A stretch of DNA of 64,000 nt from Bugula neritina (Eukaryota; Animalia; Bryozoa), in NCBI GenBank assembly GCA_964035545.1, contig OZ037768.1:19017700-19081699 (forward strand), read 5' to 3'. Of the stretch, positions 32,675 to 46,688 are shown in pieces; the first letter of the stretch is position 1; each line of letters starts with the position of its first letter. A program made the position numbers and the translations under genes. The notes beneath the pieces were generated by a model that worked only from the letters and a program-made list of their open reading frames with translations, was not told where the DNA came from and searched no databases.

Positions 32675-35600
32675 TCAGGGTGCCATAGACGAAGAGCTAG
32701 GTGACTGAGCCTCCACAGGAGTTCTACAAAACACATAGCTACATGTGTGCATACTTTACAAGTGAAAAGGGTCTGCTCTAACCAGCTGAGCCAGTTGAAT
32801 TTTAATGAAAACATAACATGGCGTTAGCAGTTGTAGAAATACTAGTTCTAGAAAGTTGCAGCCTTCAAACATGCAAACTACTTACATACATATTGATAGG
32901 ATTATTCTAGACTAGCAACTAAAATTGAATTGTGTATATTTACCAATACATTTGGGTTACATACTATCGGGAACAGGGTGCCAAGTACAAAGCATAGTAA
33001 GCCAATAAGAATTAAAAACTTAAGAGTTAGCTAAATTTGGGGAAAAATTGAAAATTCTTCACTTTACGTAGGATACGGTTACATATAAACAATATCACAT
33101 AGGAGAATGAGAGGTTTTTTAATTTTCTTAGAATGTTAGTATGTGATTTCCAACCCATCTAACAACAGCCTGAAAAATAACTGGAAATAAATGATAATAC
33201 TAGGGTAACCAAAACATGTTCAAGGGGAATGAGGAGTATATAATGAGAGGGGGATGAGGAGTATATAGTGAGAGGGGGATGATGAATCAGAAACAACACA
33301 CCCACCCTTTCCGGCTGTCCTTCATAGCATTTGACTTCAAGTAGTCCATATTAGACAGCATAATCACATCTGGCCTCAGCTCCTTCCTGTACTGCAGACA
33401 TTGCCTTATGAAATTCTACAAAGAGAACACAGGCTACATTCAAAGCAATTTAGAGTCACATAGTACGTTTTGAGTTGAGGCCATCTCCACAAGCCTAAGC
33501 ACAACTCATTATTGCTATGCTGGTCAGAGTGAAGGCTAGCCCTGGGTGCCTACTGAGCCTTGTAGCCATTTATTGATTAGTAAGATAGTGTCTCTCAGAA
33601 AAGTATTAAACATGTTGTCAGATATATGAAAGGAAATTAAAGCTGGGTAGAATATTATAAGCAGATCTGAAGGGGTATGGAAAGGTAAGCGCACCCTCTC
33701 AGTAGATTAAATAAGTTTTTTTCAGATTACTGGCATTCAATAAACCAGTTTCCAAGAATTCAAAATTCCCTTTTCAATAGAGGAGTTGTGCCCTTTTTAA
33801 AGAGGAATAGAGATGAGAAGGCGTATATAAGCTTCAGCTAAACAGAGAGTGCTAAGCACACTTATTGATCAGCAATAGCTGAAAGAGTCATGTTTATATG
33901 AGAACAAGTGTAACAGATATCCGTGACAAACGCTTAGCCAATAGCAGCAATGGCAACAAGCAAGAGAAGGTAACTTTATCAAAGGTAGAATAATTGGGCT
34001 AGAAATTGTCTTACCTTGGCTTCATTACAGACTGGAGGTTTAGGGGGGAAATCCACTTGACGAGCATTGAGTATAGTGTTCTCCTCCAGAATGGCTGCCT
34101 GACTAAGGTTGTGTCCAAAAGGCTTCTTGCCATAAAGACACTGGTAGAAGATAACTCCCACACTCCAAACATCCACTTTACTGGATATTTTAGGGGGCTG
34201 TTTACCAACTACAAAGCACTCTGGGGGGAGGTACCTACAATAATACACATTTGAGAGCTGAGTCTATGTAGATAGAAGGAATAGCAGCTAAATATATTGA
34301 CGGCAAGAACTAGCAAACAAATGAAAAACTTCCATTCCAGTGCTCCCTCCCTCCATATCTACAGGATCCAGTTCTTACAAAATCCTACAAGTCACGAGAA
34401 GGGCTCGGATACCTGCTTAGTGGTTTATGTATGTGTGCATAGGGATGAAATGGCCGAATTTAACTGAGTTAAATATGGTACTCTACTATGTCACGAATTG
34501 AGGTTTCAGGACCCGTAACTGAGTGAGATATGGACGGAGCAATGTACTAAGCATATGGTTTGTTCTATTAGTTGCTGGACGGTCTTAATTTAATACTTTG
34601 ACCTTTTAAATGCCGAGTAAGCTAACCAATGGCAGGTCTCGTCACTCACCAATAAGTGCCGGCACCTTGAGATGTGAGGTCCATACCGGAGTCGGGACAG
34701 TACGTGTCCCCTTCCATTATTTTACTAAGACCAAAGTCTGTGATCTTCACTTCGCCACACTGTTGCCCCCTCATCAGCAAAATGTTCCCTGAAATAGTCA
34801 AACTTTGTCAGAATTCTTGAAGCCCAATCCAAGTGTGAGCATACGACTATTAGTTTGATTTAAAAAGTATGGAACTCGTGTGTGGAGTCAAATGGGAAAT
34901 ATTTTATCACATCATTACTTCCAGCAGCCGCAATTTTGAAAAAGTTTGTACTAATAAAAAAGAGCAGATAACTACAAAATGTTTTCCAATGTGCTGTTTT
35001 AACCCAACAACCCCTGGAATGTTGAATAAAAAAATGCTAGAAAACATAATATTTATTACTCCAGTTGGGGTTTTTTACATCTGCCATTAATAATAAAAGT
35101 ATCAACTGAATAACGTCCATACTTGCTATAACTTTGCTTTACTTCACTTTGCTAATAAAAATGGTACATAAAACAGAAAGTTCACCTGGCTTCAAATCGT
35201 AATGTATTATTGGAGGGCTGATAGAGTTGAGGTGGCGCAAGGCACTAACAATCTGCTGCACAATCGAACGAGCCTCCCTTTCAGGGATAACTTTGTTCTG
35301 CTTCAAGTAAAAGTCCAAGTCATTCCCGTCACAGTATTCCAATACAGTGCAGAATCTACATACAAACACAGTGCAGAATCTACATACAAATACAGTGCAG
35401 AATCTACATACAGATACAGTGCAGAATCTACATACAAATACAGTGCAGAATCTACATACAAATACAGTGCAGAATCTACATACAAATACAGTGCAGAATC
35501 TGCAGATGAATCGTGCAGAGGGATGCGGACAAATTTCACGGATAGAGACAGGTCACCTTGTTCCCATGCCCAAGGATTCAAGACCAAGCTAAATAGTAGT

Positions 35601-38600
35601 TTGAGTAATTTCTAATCAGCAGGCTTTTATTGAAAGAATATACCAAGATGCAAGTTCTACTAGGATACAGGATAGCATAAGAATGCGAGACCAACAGTTC
35701 CAATTATTAATTGCAAGAAAGGAAACAAATACTGGGGGTTTGAGATACCAATGCCTATGGAAAGGTTATTAGCAAAAAACTCATATATATGAGCATATAA
35801 ATGTTGATATAGAGCAATCACAAATGTAAAATATTTAAATTTACAACAAAACATTATTTGGTGTATATAATCAACAGTATTGTCTGAATCTGTTAGATTA
35901 AACTTTGTTATATATGACTACAATAGAGCTGGCAATCCAATTATGAAGGTCATCCCAGCTCCATTTGATATGAATATAACTTCTATAAACTGCATACTTA
36001 CGAGTTGGTATCAATTTCAAAGACGTCAAACAACCGAACTATCCTGTCATGGTCCAAGGTTTTATGAATATTGTATTCTCGCAGGGCATGCCTACAACCA
36101 ATACACTTACATTACAGCAACACCATGTAAAACTGCACATACTAAAGCAGTAGCAGCTATATCAATGTACTCAAACAGTGACAAGGTGCTTACTTGATAT
36201 AGTTTGCCTTCTTCTCATCGTGCCAATCTTTATTGAGCTGATGAATCTTGCATGCAACATATCTTTGTTCCTTCATATCAAAGGCCTTTAAGAAAAGAAA
36301 CACACATTACCAATAACTTGTATATTTAAGCAGGTTTCTACGGTGACAGCTCTTTTATGTTTGATATGATGTATGGATTATAACTGCACTTACTTTGTGA
36401 ACTTCACTGAAACCTCCTTTACCCAATAAATTGAGGAGTAAATATCTATCATTCAGCGTCGGGTTATCTTTAAACCTAGAAGAAAAAAATAGCAATTCTA
36501 TTATATCCTATGTTACACTATAGTGGTTTTATTCTCTGGAGCACTGAGATTGGCTAATACACAGCGAATGACATCAGTTTATTATCAACATGTTCCAACT
36601 TGCCTGCTGCCATCTTCATTCTGTATTCGTTTCATCTCCCGTATATGGAGGTTACGCTCTCGCTCAAGCTTTTCCAACTCCACAGCTACTTCCGTGTCTT
36701 CCTTCTTCAAAGATATCTGCCGCAACTTGAGAATTTCCTCTTGCATATAATAGTCCATCATTGGAAATCTGGAGAATAATCAGCAAAAAGAAATAAAATG
36801 TAGCTACAACGTATATAATCCATAAGGACTATTGCAGTTAAAGATAATAGAGATGGAAATAGACTGTTTTAAAAAATCTGTTGTATGAATAGGACTGCGA
36901 CACGCCAATCTGAGCTAGTGATGGTGGTGAATACTAGCAAACTGGCAAGTGATGTGGCCACTTGGACAGTAAATCGTCACATATTTCAACTACAACCCAT
37001 CAGAAGACGAGACAAAGGTCTGGCCGGTTACTGAACACACAACAGAACTCACACTTTATCACCAGGTTTGACAAAGTCTGTATTTTTAGGTGGTTTTTTC
37101 TTAGAGAGTAATTTTTTCTGTTTCTCAATATCTTCCTTGCCCAAGTTAATAACCTCTTGGCGTCTGAAATATAGAAACATAAGAATAGTATATATGGCTA
37201 GATTTACTCATACTGTGTATATATAGATAGTAAGTAATGTATACACATATATTATGTAGGGTATATATAAATAATAAGCTGTGTATATACGGATAGTATG
37301 TAGTATATATTATATATAGACAATATTATGCGTATACAGATAGTATGTAGTGTATATGTAGATAACGTTTAGTGTATATACCTTATATAAACAGTATACA
37401 GTGTATATATAGACAGTATACAGTGTATATATAAACAGTATACAGTGTATATATAGACAGTATACAGTGTATATATAGACAGTATACAGCGTATATATAG
37501 ACAGTATACAGCGTATATATAGACAGTATACAGCGTATATATAGACAGTATACAGTATGCTGTCTATATATAGCAGAGTGTGGCTGGAGTTGAGCTAGCA
37601 GTGAGTTCAAGCCAACACAGTAAGTCAATCAGAAAGATCCCAGACCCGACCCCACCACACCATAGAAGCATGACACAGATCTCACTCTATTACCAGAATC
37701 ACGTCTAACCAGCACTATACTTACTTCAGGAGCTCCTGAAAGGCGTATCCATCCACCCAATTCTCCACAAATGTAGCACCTTGTCTCACAGTCTGGAAAT
37801 GGCCAAGCCTTAGCCTGTTTTCCACATTTTTCTGTCTTATACTCACTTTTTCTATTTTACTCTGAAATAAAGAACCACAGGCATTACGTTGCCATGCAGC
37901 CATTTATTGCATATGAATAGCAACTTGATACTACAAAACCCAACAGACAAACTACCGTCTAAGAACACCAAACTAACCTTCTCTTTAAGTAGAGTCTTGT
38001 TCAGCTCTAAACACCGGTTTAAGACAACTTTCTGTTTTTCTATATGAGTTTGAAGTGTAGAGATTTGCTTGTCCAGTTCATCATTTCTCTTAGTTAGATC
38101 CTGTATTTCCTCATCCTATAAATTCACTAAACTGGCTGAGAGACTGGTAAAAGGGTGAAGAGTTCTCGACACTTGATATTGAATCAAAAACTGATGTTAG
38201 AGGTTTTGACCTACTCAACTCTAACCAACAGCAATATAGAGTGAATTTTCAACTCAAAAAAGTGTCAAGCATTTAAAAGCTGCACTGAGACTCTATCCTC
38301 TTCAGCTTACAGCGCATATATTAAAGTACAATGTCATTAATTATACTAGTAGAGTATAGCATAATTTATATAATATATACTACTAAGCACATAAAATATA
38401 TAATACTAAATAATTTTATAGTCCATACTGTACTGGAGAATGTGATGCTCTATTTTATTATTACAATCTATGTATAATACATAATCCATACTACTATACT
38501 CTTGAAATATAAGCAAACCGACATGACATTATGCACCCAATAGGAGAGATGATATTACAACTGATGCCACATTAAATCAATCAATAAATGAACTTTCACA

Positions 38601-41600
38601 ATGCATACCTTTTTCTCACATTCTGTATCGTGGACGGAGGCTGACTGATAATTATTGGGTGCGATATCTGGATGAAGTCTCTACAATAATATTAATATAC
38701 CAAGATAATGCAATAGGTAGAGATAACTACAGTCTGGTTTACTGTAATATCATAGACTGTATACAAGGGCTGTCAAACTCATTAGGACTTTTTTATCGAT
38801 TTACATTGTAACTAGGTTAAGGATAATTTTTTATAAGAACACAAGCAGAGTGTATAGCATACAGATCTGCTCACATTACAGTGAACAGATAAATCTCAAT
38901 GAAGTGCAATATATAAACCAATGAAGTGTTGGTACAGCACAACATATAAACTGTAGTCACACAGAACAATTCCCATAACACAACCAACCGTAGGATTGAG
39001 AAGAGAATTCGACTCTCCATTAGCACTGAATATTGCATTGGAAGTCCCGTGACCGGCAGCACTTAGGGACACGAGAGACATGGCAGCAGAGTTGCGAGGG
39101 GGTGGAGACCCGCTGCCAGTTTGCTGCAAGCAATAAACATGAGAATAACATTACCTCAACAGATAACATAAAACTATTGAAGTGAAGAGATTTCATCATT
39201 AATACAATCACTGCATTTTCAAGCTTTGCATTATTCAAATGGATTTTTCATTTTATGTTTGGAAACAGTTACACGGAAGGAAGTCACAACCATAAATTCA
39301 TCCAATCGCATAAAGTCATGGAAAAGCAATGAATTTCCTTTTATCCAATGTTAAAGTATTATAACATTATATACATTATTTATTTCTATGGCAAACTATT
39401 ATTTAAAAGATAACATTTCTCAAACAGCCAACAAATAACGTAAAATCACTAAGTGCATGAATGTATTCATTGTATCTTATTCATCAATAACAAATTTCAT
39501 TCAATATACAAAAATACATTATTTAATATAGTTTCTATAACTTCAGCTGTTATTAAAAATAAGATGAAATTAAATTTATTATTTAAAATATACAACATCT
39601 AAATACTACTAGTATTAATATTAGCTCTATAAGGTTTGATAGAATCTTTATAAGCATATTGATTTAGGTTCTGGCATGTTATGTGAGGATGGATGCAACT
39701 GCTATGACTAGTTACAAAGTAAACACTGTTAGTTTATCTCATGATTGATCACCAATAATCTTGAAAAACAGCCAGCAGGCAAAATATTATGTAGTTATAA
39801 TGATGTTTACAAGAATTACCCTGAAACTTTTAGAGGATTTAGTTATTGGCATTTAATACTACTAACTGCTACTACTACTAACTACTACTACTGCTGCTAC
39901 TACTAATAACTGCTACTAGTACTAACTACTACTACTGCTACTACTACTACTACTGCTGCTACTACTACTACTGCTACTAACTAGCACTACTAACTACTAA
40001 CACTACTACTAATACTACTACTTATTGCAGGAACCAATAATTATTAAGCCATCATTGTTCACTAATGGCCAATATCTAAATCTGGTGATAACCTTTAGAC
40101 TTGTCAGCAAAGTGCTCAACACATTTAACAGCTCACTAACTACAATGCTTATCAAAGGAATAAACAACAACACTGGCTGGAGATACTGCTGCATCCCTGC
40201 GCACAGATAGGTAGAGTTACTCTATATTTAGAACCATTATGAAAACTGCAACAGCTGTTACCACAACATTAGTTACCACTCTTTTAATACATAGATTTAA
40301 GCAACCTATTTAAAGCACACTTTAAAATTCATAATGTTTCCATTTAATCTTTGTTTCCTCAAGCTTTCTCCCAGCCTGGTTTTATTTTTTTCAGTTTTAT
40401 TACTGATGCAAAATTAGAAGTGCAACATTGCAGCACTAAGCATAATATTTCTAGCTGAGGCAGTTATAAATTAGTTTGGTACAAGGTAAAGTTACACGAG
40501 CAGAAGTTGTCTGACCTTGTAAACTCCAGAGGCTGCAGGAGAGGCTGCCTTTTCTCTGGCCCCTTTACTAGAGTCTAACTTTCCTCTTCGAGGACTGGTG
40601 CCAGTCTACAAGAATACTGTAATTAGCATGTCATATACAGACAAGTATACAAGTGTATAAGCTAACATGTAACACAACAGTACACACTACACAACAGTAC
40701 ACACTACACAGCAGTACACACTACACAGCAGTACACACTACACAACAGTACACACTACACAACAGTACACACTACACAACAGTACGGAATATGTAGCAGT
40801 ACGGAATATGTAGCAGCACAGCAAGTGGAAAGAATCCAACTACCAAATACCTTGAAGTACTCTGGCAACTTTTTACTAGGATGATCTTGCTTGTTGGTCT
40901 TTGCTACAAGAGATTACAGGTTGTTGTTACCATGCTGATATTATAAAAAGGCCAAAATACAATCTGGCAAAGTCAACTTGCCGGAGTTCCAGCAAAAAAC
41001 CTTGATATACCAACAACATATGGTTTTTGTATCTTTTGAATACCATAAAATTGTAAAATCATCTGACAAAGTCAACTTGCCTAAGGTATAGCTCTAAAAT
41101 GTTGATATGCTAACATAAGAGCAGCTGCAGGTCCTTTAGAGTTGTTTACACATGGACATTTGTACCACAACTCACCTGGCATAACTTGATTGTCTGAATC
41201 AGCTGCAACTGTTGCTCCTTTACGCTTTCTGGGCTTCTTCTCTGAATTGACAGCCGTTTTCTAAAATTTAGTGAAAATGTGTCCCCTTGTAAATAAAAAC
41301 AATTGCTTAAATCTATTCTAGTTTCGTGGTTAGTAACTTGGATTGTTTCAGGCTTAGAATGAGTAGAATTGTAAATACTAAAACTGCTGCCGGTTTTCGA
41401 AGTTTACATGCGGTAGAATGGCTATAAAATAATTGCATAGAAATGCCAAGATATAGCAATGCATTTGTCAGAATAAAATAGCCAGCACTAATATACAGAT
41501 TGTAACATCATACGTAGCAGCTATGTGCATAAAATAGTAACTGAAGAATTGAAAACTACAAAATATAAAGAGTAACCATTAGACCCTCTTCAACGTGTAT

Positions 41601-43414
41601 AGGGAATAGGAACTTCAAAATTAAGAGAAAAACATTTCTATTAAATGGAGAACCATATGAATAAGAGCTGGTTATCCCCTTTAAGTTGCTTGTGTAGACC
41701 AAAAACAATATTGTGACATTGACAGTAGATCTGACTACAACCATGAACTCACTTTTTCTACTCTTGCCCTACTGCTCTCACTCATTTTTATTGTGATGAA
41801 AATTTTAAATTATTTGCCACTGAGATTTTTTCCCTCTTGCATAATTTACTGAGTACAAAAATTGATTTTAATTAAATAGCATAGACTACTTTTAACTAAT
41901 TTCTGTGGCAGAGTCAATTTGTTTTTACAACAAAATTTGAGTAATGACCTAGCCTATGCATTTTGTCATGTGCATGACTGCCCCAATTTTAGTGCAGAAA
42001 AAAAATCACATTGTTCAATTGGTAATAAGTTACCAATAAAACAAATATTAAAGGATATGGAGAGCAAATAATTTTTAAGTACTGTAACTATGAGAAAATA
42101 ACTTCCTTACAAGTAATTCTTAGTCTGAAATTCATAAAAAGTTTATACCGATATTTTCAGAATGAATATTATTATTAGAGAGCATGCAAATTAAGCTGAA
42201 TCATCTGCTTTTAACTACGTGGAAGTAGCCATGCACCTACCATTGCCGTTGGTCCAATGAATGGAACATTAGCAGTAGTAACAATAGAAGTCGAACTAGT
42301 AGTGGAGGTGATTGTAGCAGGTTCAGAAACAGCCGACTAGAAACAAAGAATGACTCAACATTCACCAACAATAATATTATAAATCTGCAAGGCTTTTGGG
42401 TCATTCGACTTTGTTCAACGCAGGCTGAACTTTCTTTCTTTGCTCATTTTATAAAAAATACTCCCACTTCCACCCTAATATATCGCACATGTGTTTATGG
42501 TCAAAGAGTGATAAAATTTTAACAACTAAGACTATATAATTTGACAGTTTTCTAAATTTTGCTTCATTTTCTAACTATTTAGCTAACCAAAAAGCACAGG
42601 CAACTCTGATTATTATTAGCACCAAAGTTGGTCAAAGTATTTATTTTTCAAAAAATCACTACTACGTATATATTTTCAGGAGTTTTATTTTAAAGGCTAG
42701 AAATGGCAAAAATTATAGTTTTTCTAGATGAGATAGAAACTATATCAAAATTTTAATCTGTTGGTCATAATATAATATAATCCAAACATCTTTCAGGTGA
42801 AGTTTGACGACATTCTGCAAATACTAGGATTTCAAGGGAAACCAGAAATAATTGTTGGTAATAACAAACTTACACTCACTGTTTGCCAATGAAAATTTAC
42901 TTTTCTGCCAATGGTTTACTTTGACTACACAGTTTTTGCGCTGAATATAGTTTTTAATATACTATTTTGTTCACGTGGAACTGATTTGTGTTTTGCTGAT
43001 GCATCATATCATATCAACTATACATACCATTGCATCTCGGGATCCTTCACCAGAGCTGGTACTTCCTCTACTATTGACATTTGCAGGCAGCGAAGTACCG
43101 CTGCTACCCAACTGTTCACTCTGTGACGTAATCACATGACTAGAGTTTAGAGAACCACTGTTTACTGCGCGCCCTGCTGAAACCGTTGAACTAGGTGGAG
43201 GAAGCATCTCCTGTACAATATATTGACAGACGCATTAAACATGTACATCAAGACTAACAACAAAGTGAGACTTACTTGACTGGCGAAACTTTTAAAATTG
43301 AAACTTTCAATAGATTGCTGAACTAACTTTAGGTGCAGCAGACTTTTTTTGCATCAAAAATCTTGCTTCAAATAATTCCTTTTTACGAGGATCCAGCTGT
43401 GGAAGGTGCTCCAT
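32675..43414 (-). CDS. TLK: Tousled-like serine/threonine kinase (multi-exon)
   Basis: Start [19 protein letters not shown] (43414); [23 protein letters not shown] (~37724-37862); [10 protein letters not shown] (36394-36475); [12 protein letters not shown]; [10 protein letters not shown] (36002-36091); [19 protein letters not shown]...HYDLKPG; KITDFGLSK (34629-34788); YLPPECF (34015-34234). Last exon uncertain. Confidence 0.96.
34338..34544 (-). mobile_element. Tc1/mariner(pogo)-like MITE in a TLK intron
   Basis: TIR cagtgctccctc; reverse-complement homolog of 53144-53352 along its whole length. Confidence 0.8.
35341..35499. repeat. 24-bp minisatellite (6.6 units) duplicating a TLK splice acceptor
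   Basis: Unit aatacagtgcagaatctacataca. Confidence 0.95.
37385..37558. repeat. 22-bp intronic minisatellite (tatatatagacagtatacagtg), ~8 units
   Basis: Tandem units read directly. Confidence 0.9.
39856..40021. repeat. Imperfect (CTA)n microsatellite
   Basis: Run of ctactacta/ctgcta units. Confidence 0.9.
40670..40786. repeat. 16-17-bp minisatellite (acagtacacactacaca)
   Basis: About 6-7 tandem units. Confidence 0.9.
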
Positions 43415-46400
43415 TGATTAACTTGCAGCTGAAGGTTTTAAGATATGGTGAGAGAACTCCTGAATAAAGATGTAATATACCACAACCATGAAAATAATTC
43501 TACATTTATAAGACTTCATAACGACTGGACTAGCAGATTGCATCTCAAACTCTGGGATAAGTCTGTGAAAGTTCAGCTTTATTATTAACCGAAACTCAAG
43601 GATTAAATGTTGAGGTGCAAGATTAGAATGTACTGGTTTAATTAAAATACTAAAATAATTGTACAGCTAGCACCAATAGGTGAATGATTCCTACAACCAG
43701 TAAAACATGCAAAAGTGAGCAAAATTTGATGCCAGCACACTAGCTGATAAACACACTAGTGTGTTGGAGTTTCATCAGATTTCACTGTTAGGCAATAAGC
43801 TACTGGGAATACAAAACTCCAAGCTACATATCTATGATGAGAAGTTGAAGATGTACCAAGCTACATAGAAGAATACCTGTAGAAAAATAGTTTACTCTCT
43901 GATTACAATTTCCACATGATTGACAGTATAATAGGCTGATGCTCAAAGAGCTCTTCTTACAGCACCTGCAAAACAAATTTAAATGCAATTTTGAACATTT
44001 AAACTTCGGTAATTAACCTTTTCAGGCATTATATTGGGAGATATGGTGTGTTATCATCTCAGTGGCAACAAAACTAGAAATCATTTAAGAAGTATCAGTA
44101 TGACTATGAGCATCGATTTTAATTTAGTAAGAATAAGTTCTGTGGTGACATTCCAACAGTATGAATATGAGCAACGGTGAGTGTCAGTGAGTGTAACTGC
44201 AAAATGTCTGATACTAACACTAACACTGAATGTAACTGTCACACACCCTGTAAACTGAATGCGAGTGCTGGGTCAGGTCAGTATAAGCATGAACACCAGT
44301 ATTAGGTTCAACTGCTGACATTAGACTAGGGGCAAGTGCTATTATAATTCTTACGAACAGTTAATATAATTAATATAGTTAAATTCAATCGGTTAGTTAA
44401 ACTTAAAGTTAATGTCATACTTTTTGTTTTAACTTTTATAATTATATTTATACTAATGCTTGATCTTGCAGCTACATTTTGAGTTGGCGCAACGTCAACT
44501 GAATTCCAAAACAGATACTGATGCTCATACTAAAAATAATAATCAAACTTAAAAATTCTATTTCAGAATTACCATACTCATACTGATAGTCATACTAATA
44601 CTCGTAGTCATACCGCCTACTGGTAGTGATATTGCCATTGGACTTAGTATTCATTATGATTATCATAGTCATTCACATTCACATTGTGATTGTGATATTA
44701 ATTGTAAATTCTTGTTAAATTTAGTCTTACTGCTATTCATATTCAAAAGACAAAAAGCAAGTCATATTCTACTCATACTGCAACACTAACAGACAACAGC
44801 AACTTAGAGTGGTACAATCACAATGATATTGATGGTGATAAAAATTAAAATATCAAGTTCAATATAAACATGATCATGATGTTGATATTGTAATTCAAAT
44901 TGATTGTGATACTCATACTCGCACTGATGCTAAATTTGATAAAACAACCATTATGAGATGACCCAATGACTATGAGTACCAGCATAATCGCCACGATACT
45001 CATAGTCATACTGATACTGTCACTGATTTGATAGTGATACTCATATGGCATATCTGATTACCTAATCCATACTGATACTGATAGTGACACTCACACTGAT
45101 ACTCATAGTCATACTGATACAATAACAATAGTCGGACTTGGACCGAGATTCAAAGTTCTCAATTAGTGTTATTTTTAATCATATGCATTACCTTATACTC
45201 TAGATAAGAAATATAGTTCTTAGGTCAGCATTTGCCCACATTCAACAAACAGCTGCACGGAAAACCAGTGAAAGAGTTTCACACAAAATGTCAATGAAAA
45301 GTTGGTGGCTGTGATGCAAATTTTAGGAAATTGTCTCGCATACACGTACTTTGCGGGACCTGTTTTCGCGCGTGCAATCTCAACAAATTATACATAATTC
45401 CCATCATGATAACGGGGATATCACTTGGCACTACTGATTCCACTGAGCTCCAGTATAGAATCTAAAACTATCACTTTTGCAGAACCTTTTCCGGATAAAC
45501 ACAATTACAGACGCTCCACAATGACAATCGCAATCACAATGTGAATGATTTTACTTTACAGTGTAATTTTAAGGACTGTATGAATTCAGGACTGCCCATA
45601 ATATAAATTTAGCACAGAAAAGAAAATTTGCTGATATTTGCTTATTTAATTAGATAAATCTAAGACTGAAATTGAGAATCCCCAGGGTAAGGTTCCGTGA
45701 TACTGATACTCATACTGATAGTGATACTGATAAATCATTAAATGTTGAGACTTACTCTTACTCTTAGCCATTTGATTATCAATTATAAAATCAATAGCAT
45801 TATCATTGCATTTATTTCATGATTTAAAATGATTGATTAAATTTGATCATAAATGAATAATATTATTATTAATATTACTAATTTACTGTAATTAGTTATT
45901 TGAATAACAAATAATTTTAAATCAATAAGTTAGTGAATAAGTGAGTTACATTTAATTTTAAAATTAATGGGTTACTAATACTAATAGTAGTAGTGTAACT
46001 GTAATACTAATAGTAATTGTAATAGTAATACTAATAATTAATAAATGTCAATCACTAATTTAATTCAACAAGTAAAGTCAATAAAATTAGTCAAGGATAG
46101 TAGTATATTTGCATGAATCAAAGACTGAAAGAGTCTCGAAATAAGTAGCTGTAATTTAAATATCTAAACACAGCAAATTCAACTTGCTGTGCTATTGAAA
46201 CATATGGTGTTTTTGTCTAATTTTATTTTGGCTTATATGGTAGTCATTTGTTTTTTTGAAGCTAAATGTTTGTACATTCTACGTATACAACATTTCTAGT
46301 TGTAAATAAAAACTCAATTATATTACTTGCAAGTATTGTCTTTAATAACACTGGCGGTTTTCAACTGTTTATTGTCCGGCAAAAACTATAAAATTCAAAC

Positions 46401-46688
46401 TACTAAACTAACAAAAATTCAGTAAGATATTGCTCATTATTGTATTTTTTTAACTTAACTAACTTCTTTACTCTGCCACACCTTAATATGCCCTTCAAAT
46501 AAGTATAACTGTTATTTCATATTAACTGGAACTAAATCAGTAAAACTTGACAACTGATGACCATCATAAAATAAACACCAAGTTTCGATTTTACTAAATC
46601 AAACACTTTATTGGCAATATATACTCCAGAATATTTTTCAAAGTGTTTTGGGATGTGTCAATTTTCCTGACAAGGTTTGAATTAACTT

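Noticed and set aside
35202-35615. Repetitive ORFs (YSAESTYK)n, (VQNLHTNT)n, (DSALYLYV)n
   Set aside because: By-products of a stop-free 24-bp repeat in non-coding frames or strand
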